Positions 36,389 to 46,363 of a stretch of 64,000 nt of DNA are shown piece after piece. The DNA comes from an uncultured Chloroflexia bacterium (GTDB taxonomy: Bacteria > Chloroflexota > Limnocylindria > Limnocylindrales > CSP1-4). Position 1 is the first letter of the stretch. The number at the start of each line of letters is the position of its first letter. The notes under the pieces are model-generated. The model did not search any database. It saw only the letters and a program-made list of their open reading frames with translations, and had not been told where the DNA came from. The stretch lies in assembly GCA_963731995.1 (NCBI GenBank), contig CAVSXV010000004.1:576973-640972 (forward strand). The letters are read 5' to 3'. The translations under genes and the position numbers were made by a program.

Positions 36389-37078
36389 CTACGGGTCCAG
36401 TGCTCCACTGGTCGCCGTCCTCGCTCCCCGCCAGAAGGCCATCACCGCAGCCGCCGCTGTCAACACCATTCCCAACCAGAACAGCGGCCAGGCGGACCAC
36501 GGGGACGTGTCCCCGGCGACGACGCGGTCAGCGTCGACCAGGAAGCTCAGGATGACGAGGCCGCCGCCAGCTAGTGCTATCACCATGCCCCTCCGCCCGA
36601 TGGCGATTTCGCGACCGGCCCGCAGCCGGGCCGCAGCGGCCAGCCCGAAGCCAACGAGGGCAGTGCTCACGGCCATCGGCGCCCAGACCGGTCCGATCCA
36701 GGTCATGGGCACGAGGAAGAGGACGTCCCAGGCATCGAGCGCCGGGGGCCAATCGATGGTCAGCCACAGGCCAGCGTAGTAGACGATGTCCCAGGTCCCG
36801 AACACGACGGCCGCCCAAGCGAGACGCTCGAGCCAGCTGCGGCCGGCGAGCCAGCCGACGGCGGCGATCATGACGAGCGTGGCCAGCTCGCGTGCGATCT
36901 CGATGCCGGCGTAGGCGTCGAACTCCCCAGGCTGGGCCACGGGAACGGGGACGGCGGCATCCAAGCCGAGCGCGGCTCGCAGGTAGACGACGACCGTTGC
37001 CTCGAGGTAGCCCATCGCGATGCCGAAGGCGAGGACCACGATGGCCGTCGCGAGGAACGAGCTCTGCTGTCGGCTCAT
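36389..37078 (-). CDS. polytopic membrane protein, unknown family
   Basis: About 7 hydrophobic helices ('FLATAIVVLAFGIAMGYLEATVVVYLR...'). ATG 37078 was chosen inside ORF 36389..37129. Confidence 0.55.
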   Translation of the reverse strand: MSRQQSSFLATAIVVLAFGIAMGYLEATVVVYLRAALGLDAAVPVPVAQPGEFDAYAGIEIARELATLVMIAAVGWLAGRSWLERLAWAAVVFGTWDIVYYAGLWLTIDWPPALDAWDVLFLVPMTWIGPVWAPMAVSTALVGFGLAAAARLRAGREIAIGRRGMVIALAGGGLVILSFLVDADRVVAGDTSPWSAWPLFWLGMVLTAAAAVMAFWRGARTATSGALDP

Positions 37079-37556
37079 GGCTCGTTCTGACAGGTGAGCA
37101 TCTGGATTCACGGTCGGTCGCTCCCCCATGGCACGGGTGTCAAGGCCGCAGGAGCCGCGTGCGGGCTCGAGAGAGGACTGCTGAACGCCCGGCGAGTGCC
37201 ATCGTCACATCACGCTGCAAGGCCTCATCGTAACGGCCCAGGACGGACACGATCAGGGTGTCCTCTCCGACACCATGCGTCCATCGTGGTTGGTGACGTG
37301 CGCGCCTACCGCTTCCGGCCGAGGCCGACGATGACTGTGACCGGGAGTTCCGTGACGTTCTGGCCGTAGGTCGCCTGGGCGACGAGGCGCTCATCTCGAC
37401 TCCGGCTCGTGCCGGACGACGTCGACGTCCTTGCCGCGCTCGAGGATCGATGCCCCGACCCGGCTGGGTGGACGACCCGGGTTGATCAGGCCGCGCGACC
37501 ACCGACAGTCCACCTTATCCTTGTCTCATCGGCTTCTGGCGTGAACGGGGGGTTCC

Positions 37557-39212
37557 ATGAAGCAAGCGATCGTGGCGGTGCTTGGCGTCGTGCTGATGCT
37601 GCCGACAGGGGTGGCGGCACAGTCAGCCGACGACATGAGCAACCTGTGGGCACAGGTTCCAGCTGGCATGGAGTACAGCTGCCAGGAGCTTGGATACGAC
37701 ACGTTCAAGCGCGTGGTCGAACCGTCCATCGCCGCGCTTCAGTGCTTCTACGAGGGCGGCCCGAACAAGATCGATGATGTCGGGCTCTTCCTCTTCGACT
37801 CCAAGTCTGAACTGCGCGCATTCTGGAAGGCCCGCAAGGAGCAGCGCCTCGGACGGGCGACCCGCGGCGACTGCACCAGGAAGAACGGGGCCGGCGTCAT
37901 GGACATTCCTGGCGGCGAGCTCATCTGCTACGAGAGCTCGGGCCAGGCCAGGACCGCTGGATCAACGAGGACGACCTGCTCTACGGTGCCTTGGACACCA
38001 GCTGGGCCAAGATCGCCTATGCCTACGACTGGTGGGTCAAGAACATCGGTTCGGCAACAAAGCCGGAGGCGGTCGGTGGTGCGGTGGCCGCCCTCCGAGT
38101 CCGAGGCCGCGGCTATCTATCAGGTCCGGGCGGAGCTGATAGAGGCCCTGGTCGAGACCAAGACCGAGTGGGCGAAGTACACGGCCTACCGCGACGAGCC
38201 CAGTGGTACATCGTCGAAGACGGCTGGGGCTATGTCGATGTCGACCGACTGGCCGACTACGTCCCCATCGCGCGCTATGCCAAGAACACCCGCTGCCTTC
38301 GAGGTGTTGAGCCGGCCAGCCGTTCTGGTTGGACTCGTCACTCGTCGCATCGGTGTCGCTGCTCATCGACGAGGCGAGCTCGGGCGCCGACGTTCCGCGA
38401 GCCGCGGAGAAGCTGGCGAAGCGCCTCTCCCAGACCGCGGACGAGAAGGCGCCGACCGTGCGTCCGTACCTGCGGATGGGTCGTGAAGAGACTGAGCTCA
38501 CATCACGGCCATCGATACGCTGGATGCGGTGATCGAAGGGCTAGGGTTTGGCCGTGCCCGGCCCGTCGCCGACGAGGTCGTCGCGGAGCCCCTACCGAGC
38601 CGGAGCACGGCCCGGGCGGGGCCATGGCTGCCTTCCGCCAGGAGCTGGTGGCCGACCTCGCCTACATCGGCGGTCGCATCCAGAACTGCCGCGTCTGGAT
38701 CGACGATCCGCGACACGCACGTTGCCTATGATCCGGACATCGCCGGTTTCGACCTGGAACGACTGTCCGACTTCGAGAGCGCCGTCGAGTTCATTCGCGA
38801 CCACGACTGGGCGTGGGCGATCTTCGATGCGCCGGCCGCTCAAGGCAGTGACCTCGACATCGCCACACAGCTCTATCTCGAAACGCTCAACCCAGTCCCC
38901 GCGACCTCGCGGAGATCGACCGGGGCCGTGATCGAGGCGAACCGTCAGGCCTCCGGCAAGAAGCGGAGCTACTGCTCGGGGCCCCTCGGGGAGGGCAAGC
39001 GCTATCGGGACGCGCTCAAAGCCTCCTTGGCACTCTCGAACGAGATCACGGCGGCCCTCGGTCTGGTCGTGGAGCCGACCTCGCCACCGGTAGAGATCCC
39101 GCCGCCGACCTCGCAGCCAGCCACACCGGCCCCGTCGCCCACACCGGCACCCACCCCTGAGCCGACGCCGCCGTCCGAGCCGGCCGAGTCCTCCCGCCGA
39201 ACCCCTTCCTGA
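37557..39212 (+). pseudogene. secreted protein gene broken by at least 8 frame shifts (first gene of the secreted-protein array)
   Basis: Signal peptide 'MKQAIVAVLGVVLMLPTGVAAQ'. A sensible translation hops between all three frames near 37.95, 38.08, 38.20, 38.29, 38.33, 38.49, 38.60 and 38.71 kb. It ends in a Pro-rich tail 'PPPTSQPATPAPSPTPAPTPEPTPPSEP'. Confidence 0.55.
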
Positions 39213-39228
39213 ACGCGTAGGAGGAGTC

Positions 39229-40515
39229 ATGCACAAGACCAGCTCGACCGTCCTCGGCCTGGCGCTCGCAGCCGTCACGGCACTACCTGCCGTGGCCCAG
39301 GAGGACGGCACGCTCGACGACCAGTCCATCGCTGCGCTGCTGCAGGTCCACCGCGACACCGGCGCCGCCCTTGTCGACGTCCAGCGCGAGCTCGACGAGA
39401 TCCCTCTGCGTATCGAGAGCGATGACTGGCTGGTGTTCCCCAGGCGCGATGGCGACACCATCGAGGTGAACCTGGACGATGTCAAGGGACTCCTGCCGGC
39501 GGTGCAGATCACGTTGGCGCTCGCGCCCGAGGCCAAGCGGGCCGTACTCGATGGGCTCGAGGACGCCGACCACAGCCTGTGGGTCGCAGCCACCCTGGTG
39601 GACGCGCTGGAGGGCGGCATCGAGGGGCAGTCGCCCGACGAGATCGTGTCCCACATCAAGGGGTTCTACCGCCAGACGCCCGAGTACAAGCGCACCACTT
39701 ACGCGGACCACGTGGCCGCGCTCGAGGAGGAGCGCGAACACCTTGACCAGCTCTTCATCGAGACCTTCGAGTGGCTCGATGAGTACGGTGTCGAGGTCGT
39801 GGCCGAGCCGGACCCGATACCGACTCCCGCTCCCGAGCCCGACACCACCAGCGAGCCGATCCAGTACGACGCCCTCGAGGGTCTGATCGGCTGTTGGGGC
39901 AATGAGCTCGGCTGCTACGGGCCCACACTCGAAGCCGGTGCTGACCTCGCGCTGGAGGCCGTAACACCGGACACGGGCGATGGCGCGCTGACCGGGTGCT
40001 GGTGGACACCTCTCGGCATCGGCGGCATGTGGGCGCGCGTCGAACAGTACGGCGACTACTTCACCGGTGGCACGGTCATCAGCTGGCAGTGGGGGACCGA
40101 GACCGGGCGCGAATACGCCATCGGCTGGCTCGAGGGCGACACCCGCAACTACCAGCCTGAAGGCTACTTCTACGGCACGGGGCCCTGGGAGTCGGTCCAC
40201 ACCTGCGATGAGTCCCGCGGAGGCAGCAGCGACTGGGGCAAGTTCTACGCCTGGCTGCACGAGGACGGATCGTTCTGGCAACTGTGCGGCAAGGGCCACG
40301 CCGGGGAGCTGGGCGAGCTCAGCGACCCGTTCGGCAACGACGTCTCCTGGGCGTACACCGGCCATTTCTGGATGGAGCCGACGTCCGCGGCCACGTGCGA
40401 GGAGAAGTTCGAGGAGGCCGCAGCCTACCTCCAGGCCGGGTCATCGACAGCTGCGACAACGACGCCCGGCGAGGCGGCGGAGACTCCGGCCTCCGATCCG
40501 TTCGCCGACCGATAG
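39229..40515 (+). CDS. secreted paralog family protein P1 (unknown function)
   Basis: AGGAGGAG precedes the ATG. A signal peptide is followed by a helical ~180-aa module, a Pro-rich linker, 'IQYDALEGL' and a Cys/Trp/Gly-rich C-terminal domain. The 428-aa ORF is intact. Confidence 0.7.
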   Translation: MHKTSSTVLGLALAAVTALPAVAQEDGTLDDQSIAALLQVHRDTGAALVDVQRELDEIPLRIESDDWLVFPRRDGDTIEVNLDDVKGLLPAVQITLALAPEAKRAVLDGLEDADHSLWVAATLVDALEGGIEGQSPDEIVSHIKGFYRQTPEYKRTTYADHVAALEEEREHLDQLFIETFEWLDEYGVEVVAEPDPIPTPAPEPDTTSEPIQYDALEGLIGCWGNELGCYGPTLEAGADLALEAVTPDTGDGALTGCWWTPLGIGGMWARVEQYGDYFTGGTVISWQWGTETGREYAIGWLEGDTRNYQPEGYFYGTGPWESVHTCDESRGGSSDWGKFYAWLHEDGSFWQLCGKGHAGELGELSDPFGNDVSWAYTGHFWMEPTSAATCEEKFEEAAAYLQAGSSTAATTTPGEAAETPASDPFADR

Positions 40516-40527
40516 CCGAGGACCAAC

Positions 40528-41680
40528 ATGATTCGGAAGCTGACCCCGCTGTTCGCCATCGTCCTGACTGTCGTGTTCGCCGCCCCAACTGCAGCGCAGG
40601 CAGAAGAGTCCGGCCGCGATGTGCTGAATGACATCGAGGCCACGGTCTCCGGGGTGCAGGCCGAGCTCGCGGCCATCGACCAGCGTGTCGCCAGCGACGA
40701 CTGGATGGTCTTCGAAATTTGCCAGGCAGGGGCTGGTGCAGGTCGACCTCGGCGGGCTGGACCAGTGGATCCCCGGCGTGATCTCGCTGCGCCGGGACGC
40801 CGCTGGTTCACTGCCTGCAGATGGCCTCGACCCGCTCGCGGGCACCATGCCGGAGTTGTGGCAGGCATCGGTGCTGCTCGCGGATGCGCCCGACGAGGTG
40901 CTGGAGGCTGGAGCGGAAGCGACCCGTGCCTGGCTGCGCGACCGGTTCGGCCACCTGCAAACCACCGAGCGCAAGGACGCCCTCTACGAAGCCGAGCGTG
41001 CCCGGCTCCTCGACGATCTGGATGCTTTGCGGCAGAGCCGCGAGTTCTTCATGTCCGAGACCCCCCGGACCGAGACCGCTGACACCGAGAGTGCGGCGCA
41101 AAGCGAGACCCTCCAGGTCGAGCAGTGGTGTCGCGAGTTCGCGCTCGGCGAAACCCTCATGTCCGAGGATGGGTCGGTCGAGTTGGGTCCGCAGATGCCA
41201 CCCATCGAGGAGCTGCCCGACTGGTGCCGCGATGCGCTGCTGGCGCGGTTGACCGGCGCTGACGGGCTCACCGCGACGCCCCCGCCAAACGATGAGGTGG
41301 TGGCGCAGGAGCCGGTACGACGCAGTGAGGACCCGCTCGAGTGGGAGGGTGACGAGGCCATCGACCATGGCCGCTGGGATGGCGTCTGGGAGTACTGGGG
41401 CTACCCGGGCCTGACCCTGGTGCAGGTGGGCGGCAACGTCTTCGGCACCTACCAGGCCGGCGACGGCTGGATGAAGCTCGTCGTGGTCGACGAGCACACG
41501 CTCATCGGGCACTGGTACGAAGGCGAGCACCCGGCCGTCTGCGATCGTGAGCGGGACGGCACCGTCCACTGGGGCTCGCTGGAGATGCGTTTCAACGATG
41601 ACTTCAGCGCGTACAGCGGGTCCTTTGGAGACTGTGACAGCCTGACTGACTTCGCGATCGAAGGGAGTCGTGCCCGATGA
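40528..41680 (+). CDS. secreted paralog family protein P2 (one frame break near 40715-40722)
   Basis: A signal peptide is followed by an N-module alignable to P1 and P3 ('SDDWMVFE...GLVQVDLGGLDQWIPGV'). ORFs 40528..41082 and 40628..41680 join at a 'ttt' run. Confidence 0.6.
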
Positions 41681-42884
41681 TCCGCATCCTGCGCTCCCTG
41701 CTGGCGCTGCTCGTGATGGTGGCGCTGACGGTGCCGATCGTGCTCGGGGCCCAGGACGAGGACCTCCAACAGCTCCAGCGACTCCGGCGCGCGACCCTGG
41801 AGGAGCTTGCCGACGTCGGACGCCAGCTCGATGACCTGACCGCTCGGTCGCGTGACGCCGATTGGGTCATCGTGCGGGCCGGGGATGGCTCCTACGTCCA
41901 GGTCGACCTCAAGCGTGTCGACGAGCTGGTTCCATGGGTGCAGATGGCACTCCAGGATCGCGGCGCGGCACCCGCGCTGCTCAAGAAGCTCGAGCAGTAC
42001 ATCCCCTACGCGTCGCTGGCCCTGCTGCTCCCTGACTCGGAGGTCTCGCCACAGGTCAAGCCGTATCTCGATGACCTGCAGCTGCTCGTCGCGGGAGACC
42101 TCGAGTCGATCGACTCGGACAGGATCCGTGACGCGATACGGGCGATCTTCAAGGGCCGGGAGGCACGCATGGCGCAGCACTACGCGGACTTGACGGTGGA
42201 GCTGGAGGAGCAGCGACAGACGCTGGAGATCCTGCTCCAGTTCCTCGACGCGGACATCGAGGCTCGCGGGGGCTTGGTATCACCCGCACCTTCGCTCGAG
42301 CCGACGTGGGAGCTCAGCCTTCCTCCGACCCAGATCGAGGAACTGCCGTCGCCAAGCCCTGCCACGACGCCAAGCCCTGCCTCCACGCCGCCACCTTCCC
42401 TTGACGCCGAACTTCCCCCGACGCCCAGCCGTCGTGAGCCCGACGTCTCCCCCGAGCCCGTGCTCTCCCCCAGCCCACGTCGGGCATGGAGAGCGACGGC
42501 ATCGAATACGACGCGCTGAAGGGCTTGACGAACTGCGGAGAAGGCGACCCCGACTGTGCCGAGCCGACGCCGGTCGCGTGTTCGGAGGCGGACATGTGGT
42601 GCGATGACACGGCCATCGGCCCCTCCCTGTCACCGAGCCTCGCACCTTCGCCGTTCCCGAGCCTTGATCCGGCTGCGTCCGATGACGGCGGCCGGGCCGC
42701 CATCGTCTGCGAAGGCTGGTTGGAACACGCGCTCGAGTCTTCGTACACGAAATTCACCCCGGAGCAGATCGGTGCGTGCTTTGAGGAGTGCGAGACGTGG
42801 ATGTCGTGGCACGCGAGCTTCGGGGATGAACTGCCCAGCGACTGCGCCGAGATCGACCCGGACACGATTCCGCAGCCCTCCTAG
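41677..42884 (+). CDS. secreted paralog family protein P3 (one frame break near 42465-42485)
   Basis: The ATG overlaps the P2 stop (ATGA). A signal peptide is followed by 'DADWVIVRAGDGSYVQVDLKRVDELVPWVQ', a Pro/Ser linker, and then 'IEYDALKGL' and a Cys-rich domain in the frame of ORF 42486..42884. Confidence 0.6.
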
Positions 42885-42986
42885 ACCCCAGCTGATCCCT
42901 GTGTCGTGGGTTCAGATACCAGCCCGCTCGCCGGTATCACGGCGCCGCGGGACCTCGTGTGCCCGGCGCCCGTGTGGCTGTCCTGG

Positions 42987-44297
42987 TCACAAGGGCGAAG
43001 GAGCCTGAGCCGGTCCAGCGCTCGTCTTCGAGTCCATCCCGTGGAACCAGTGCCAGTAGAGCCACGTACCAAGGCTGTAGAGGATGATGACCGTCACGAA
43101 GTTGACCGTGTAGCCCCCATCGAAACCGAGCCTCGCCTGCAGCAGGCTGTACCAGGGGCCGGCCACAGCCCACGCGAGTGACCAGAGCAGGCTGGCGGCG
43201 GCTGCGTAGGTCGCCCGTTCGGAGGCGGGCAGGCGCTCCATGGCGAAGGCGTTGGCGAGGGGATTGCCCGAGTTCATCAGCGAGTTGCGCACGGTCATGG
43301 CCACGATCACGGTCCACAGGATCGGGCTGAAGCCCAGCACCAGCAGGAAGGGGATGCTCAAGCCTTGCACCAGGACCACGGTGCCGACCTTGCCGAACCG
43401 CTTGGCCAGCGCCGGCTGGGCCATCATCGCCAGCACGGTCCCGAGGCCGGTGATGGCGAAGATGAAGTTGAGCGCGGTGAGGTCGAGTCCGAACTTGCCC
43501 TCGATGAAGACGTTGAGGTACGGGATGACCTGGCCGGCCCCGAGTGCGATGAGGAAGTTCGGCACGAGCAGGCGCACGAAGGTTCCTGGGTCGGACAGGC
43601 GTGGGGCGCGCGAGCGCAGGCTTCGCCGGGGTTCAGCGGCCCTGGGCGCTGCGTCCCTGCCCCGACGAGGTCGATCGTCACGCAGGGCGGCGATGGCGAC
43701 GCCAGCCAGCAGAGCGGCGATGGTCATGACTGCCAGCAGCGCCCGATAGACCGCCGGATCGCTCGACTCCACCCCTACGATGGCGCCGATGACCACGGCC
43801 ACGAGCCCGCCCAGGATGGCCGCCCCGATATTGGTGGCGGGCATGATGGCCGCCTGCAGCGAGAACAGCTCGTTGCGGTGCTCCGGCCGGCTGTGCTCCA
43901 TGAGCAGCGGAGACTGGAGCACGAAGAAGGCCTGGCTGGCGGCGCCCATCGCGGCCGCGCCGGCGATGATGGCGGCCGGTCCGGTGAAGACGATGAGACA
44001 GGCCGCCGAGCCGGCAGCGACCGCGGCCCCCGCTACCATCACCAGCCGTCGCCCCAGCCGGTTGGAGGCCAGGCTCAGCGGCAGCGCCACCAGCACCCCG
44101 GCCAGCGACCAGGCTGCACCGGCCAGGCCGATGAATGCGGGCTCGTAGCCAAGGGCGGTGAGGTAGAGGTTGAAGTCGACCCACCACAGGCTGAAGACGA
44201 TGCCGAAGGCGATCGAGGCCAGCAGGAAGATGCGTGCGTCCCGCTCGAAACCCGTGAACGATCGCGCGTAGCGCAGCAGCGCCCTCAGCGCCCTCAT
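42987..44297 (-). CDS. MFS transporter
   Basis: 436 aa with about 12 TM helices and a central basic loop ('RDDRPRRGRDAAPR'). Confidence 0.75.
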   Translation of the reverse strand: MRALRALLRYARSFTGFERDARIFLLASIAFGIVFSLWWVDFNLYLTALGYEPAFIGLAGAAWSLAGVLVALPLSLASNRLGRRLVMVAGAAVAAGSAACLIVFTGPAAIIAGAAAMGAASQAFFVLQSPLLMEHSRPEHRNELFSLQAAIMPATNIGAAILGGLVAVVIGAIVGVESSDPAVYRALLAVMTIAALLAGVAIAALRDDRPRRGRDAAPRAAEPRRSLRSRAPRLSDPGTFVRLLVPNFLIALGAGQVIPYLNVFIEGKFGLDLTALNFIFAITGLGTVLAMMAQPALAKRFGKVGTVVLVQGLSIPFLLVLGFSPILWTVIVAMTVRNSLMNSGNPLANAFAMERLPASERATYAAAASLLWSLAWAVAGPWYSLLQARLGFDGGYTVNFVTVIILYSLGTWLYWHWFHGMDSKTSAGPAQAPSPL

Positions 44298-44422
44298 GCG
44301 CAGCGCTCCACGCGACTGGCGCCCGTCAGGCAGGTCAGGATACGGTCAAGCGAACAGGGAGCCCCCACACCAACATCGTAGCTCCGGCATGCGGAGGCGG
44401 CCGGCGAGGCCCAACGGCCGCG

Positions 44423-45247
44423 TCAGAAGAGCTTGGTCTTGACCCCGAACTCCCGTACCAGCTCGGTACTCTCCTCGTTGGTGAGGCCCTCGCCGTGCCC
44501 GCCGGCCACGATGTCCATGTACTCGTAGCGGGCGCCGGCCTCGGCGTACTCGATGCGGTCCACGGCACGGGTCACGGAGATATCGCTGCGGGCCATGACC
44601 CCGTGCTTGGACCAGACCGTGATGCGATGGTTGCGCAGCGATCGGACGGTGGCCTCGCTGAGCTCGTCCGAGCCCGGACGCATGAAGGGCAGGATGCCGA
44701 TGCCTGCGGGCAGCTGCACGATGGTTTCCGGCTGCCAGCGGATGAGTCGGCGGCTGAAGAAGTCCTCGTGGCGATAGCGCTCGACATGCGAGAGGTACAC
44801 CAGGTGCGGCGGCTGGGCATGGACCACGGCATGGAAGTTGGTGCCGGAGCGGGCGACCGTGTCGTCGTGCACCGCGAGGTGGGAGTTCCACTCTGACGTG
44901 AGGACCTCGAACTGTCGCACGTTGGCCGTATGGAGCGTGCCGTGGACGCCGTCATCGTGAACCAGGACCGCGCCGATCGATTCGAGCGGCAGCCGGTCGA
45001 GGTCTCGGAGCCGTCGGCCGGAGCCGGTGACGAGGAGGGTGTGGCCGGGCAGGCTCGGTGCCGCCAGAGGCAGCTCGATCTCCTCTGCCATAGGGAAGTG
45101 ACGCCGGACCTCGATGGGCCAGCCGATGCAGACGGAGATGTTGCCGGCGCCGCCCTCGGTGGCATCGATGGCCGCCAGCCGACGACCGCCGATGCCGATC
45201 GAGTCGAGGATCTCGTCGAGGCTGGGCAGGGGGTCGGTCAGTGGCAT
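44423..45247 (-). CDS. class II aldolase/adducin-family protein (rhamnulose-1-phosphate aldolase-like)
   Basis: 'ATEGGAGNISV', 'HAVVHAQPPHLVYLSH' and 'GILPFMRPGSDELSEATVRSLRNHRITVWSKHGVMA' are present. ATG 45247 was chosen inside ORF 44423..45457. Confidence 0.65.
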   Translation of the reverse strand: MPLTDPLPSLDEILDSIGIGGRRLAAIDATEGGAGNISVCIGWPIEVRRHFPMAEEIELPLAAPSLPGHTLLVTGSGRRLRDLDRLPLESIGAVLVHDDGVHGTLHTANVRQFEVLTSEWNSHLAVHDDTVARSGTNFHAVVHAQPPHLVYLSHVERYRHEDFFSRRLIRWQPETIVQLPAGIGILPFMRPGSDELSEATVRSLRNHRITVWSKHGVMARSDISVTRAVDRIEYAEAGARYEYMDIVAGGHGEGLTNEESTELVREFGVKTKLF

Positions 45248-45369
45248 CGTGGTCTCCGGTCGCGGCGGTGGGTACGACCTATGGTAGCGACGCCGCCGGA
45301 CACGACGCCGCAGCCGTCGGGAGCCCCGACAGCCACGGAGTAGCCGGCTCGCCGATCCCCTCTGTGCCG

Positions 45370-46035
45370 TCAGCTCGAGAGGGACTCCAGGGTCTCGAGT
45401 GCCACCAAGCCCGTCTGGTCGTGCGGCGCGGTCTGTCGCTCGAGGCGGACGCGGCACGAGAGCTCGGCGTCGAACACGACGAGCGCGACGCGGAGCACAT
45501 CGTCCTCAGCCTCGGCATTCGCGCGCGCATCCTCCAGCTGGTGGAGCACGTCCGCGTTGATGCCGCGAGCCCCCCACTTGCAGTCGTAGGCCTCGGCCGC
45601 ACCTGTGCGCTCGACGGTGACGTCGTAGGGGTGGATCTCGGCCCGCATTCCATCGAACAGGATGCGCCGCTCACGGCGGACGTCCGCGGAGCCGACCCGC
45701 CGTCCGAGCAGTTCCACGGTCAGCAATTCGACGAGCGCGCCACGCAGCTGGTTGCGTGTTTGGTCGCCACGGTCAGCGATGGCCAGCGACACGGTCAGGA
45801 TGGCCTCGGATCGTTCCTGCTCGAGCGGCTCGACCGTCGGTCCGAACAACGTCGGGAACATGGCCCGCCAACCGTCAGGATCGAGTGTCTCACCGTTCAT
45901 CACCGCCCTCGCCAGCAGTCGCTGCGCGGGCGAGGCACCAGCGAGCAAGCCGGCCGCCTGGGCCACCACGGGCTCCGCCTGGATCGCCGCGTAGGTAACG
46001 GCACGGGCGTCTTGCGCAGCATCCTGGAACCTCAT
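45370..46035 (-). CDS. hypothetical protein with a PD-(D/E)xK-like motif in the C-terminal third
   Basis: 'ELLTVELLGRR...IHPYDVTVE...AEAYDCKWG' is present. The ATG overlaps the upstream gene's stop (ATGA at 46032-46035). Confidence 0.5.
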   Translation of the reverse strand: MRFQDAAQDARAVTYAAIQAEPVVAQAAGLLAGASPAQRLLARAVMNGETLDPDGWRAMFPTLFGPTVEPLEQERSEAILTVSLAIADRGDQTRNQLRGALVELLTVELLGRRVGSADVRRERRILFDGMRAEIHPYDVTVERTGAAEAYDCKWGARGINADVLHQLEDARANAEAEDDVLRVALVVFDAELSCRVRLERQTAPHDQTGLVALETLESLSS

Positions 46036-46337
46036 CGCCGTCCGCCCAGGGTGACGAGCACGATCTGCGGGAACGTCGAGAGCCAGTCGATGGCGCGGTG
46101 CGGGTCGCTGATGCGGTCGATCTCATCGATCGCGCGGCTGACGGCCGCCGCCTCGAGCGGGGTCGCGGGCTCGGTACCGTGCTCGTCGACGAGATCCCCG
46201 ATCCGCGCTTGCCATGCGGCAGAGAGGTCGTTCACGTACGTCCACTCGTCCTCGACGTCCTCCGCGAGGCTCACTAGGCCCTCATAGGCTGCGAGCGCAT
46301 CGCGCGCGAGGTCACCGAGGTTGTTCGCTTCATCCAT
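46032..46337 (-). CDS. small acidic hypothetical protein
   Basis: 101-aa ORF, translationally coupled to 45370..46035. No family was recognised. Confidence 0.5.
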   Translation of the reverse strand: MDEANNLGDLARDALAAYEGLVSLAEDVEDEWTYVNDLSAAWQARIGDLVDEHGTEPATPLEAAAVSRAIDEIDRISDPHRAIDWLSTFPQIVLVTLGGRR

Positions 46338-46363
46338 GCCGGCAAGACTACGCGACCTGGCGG

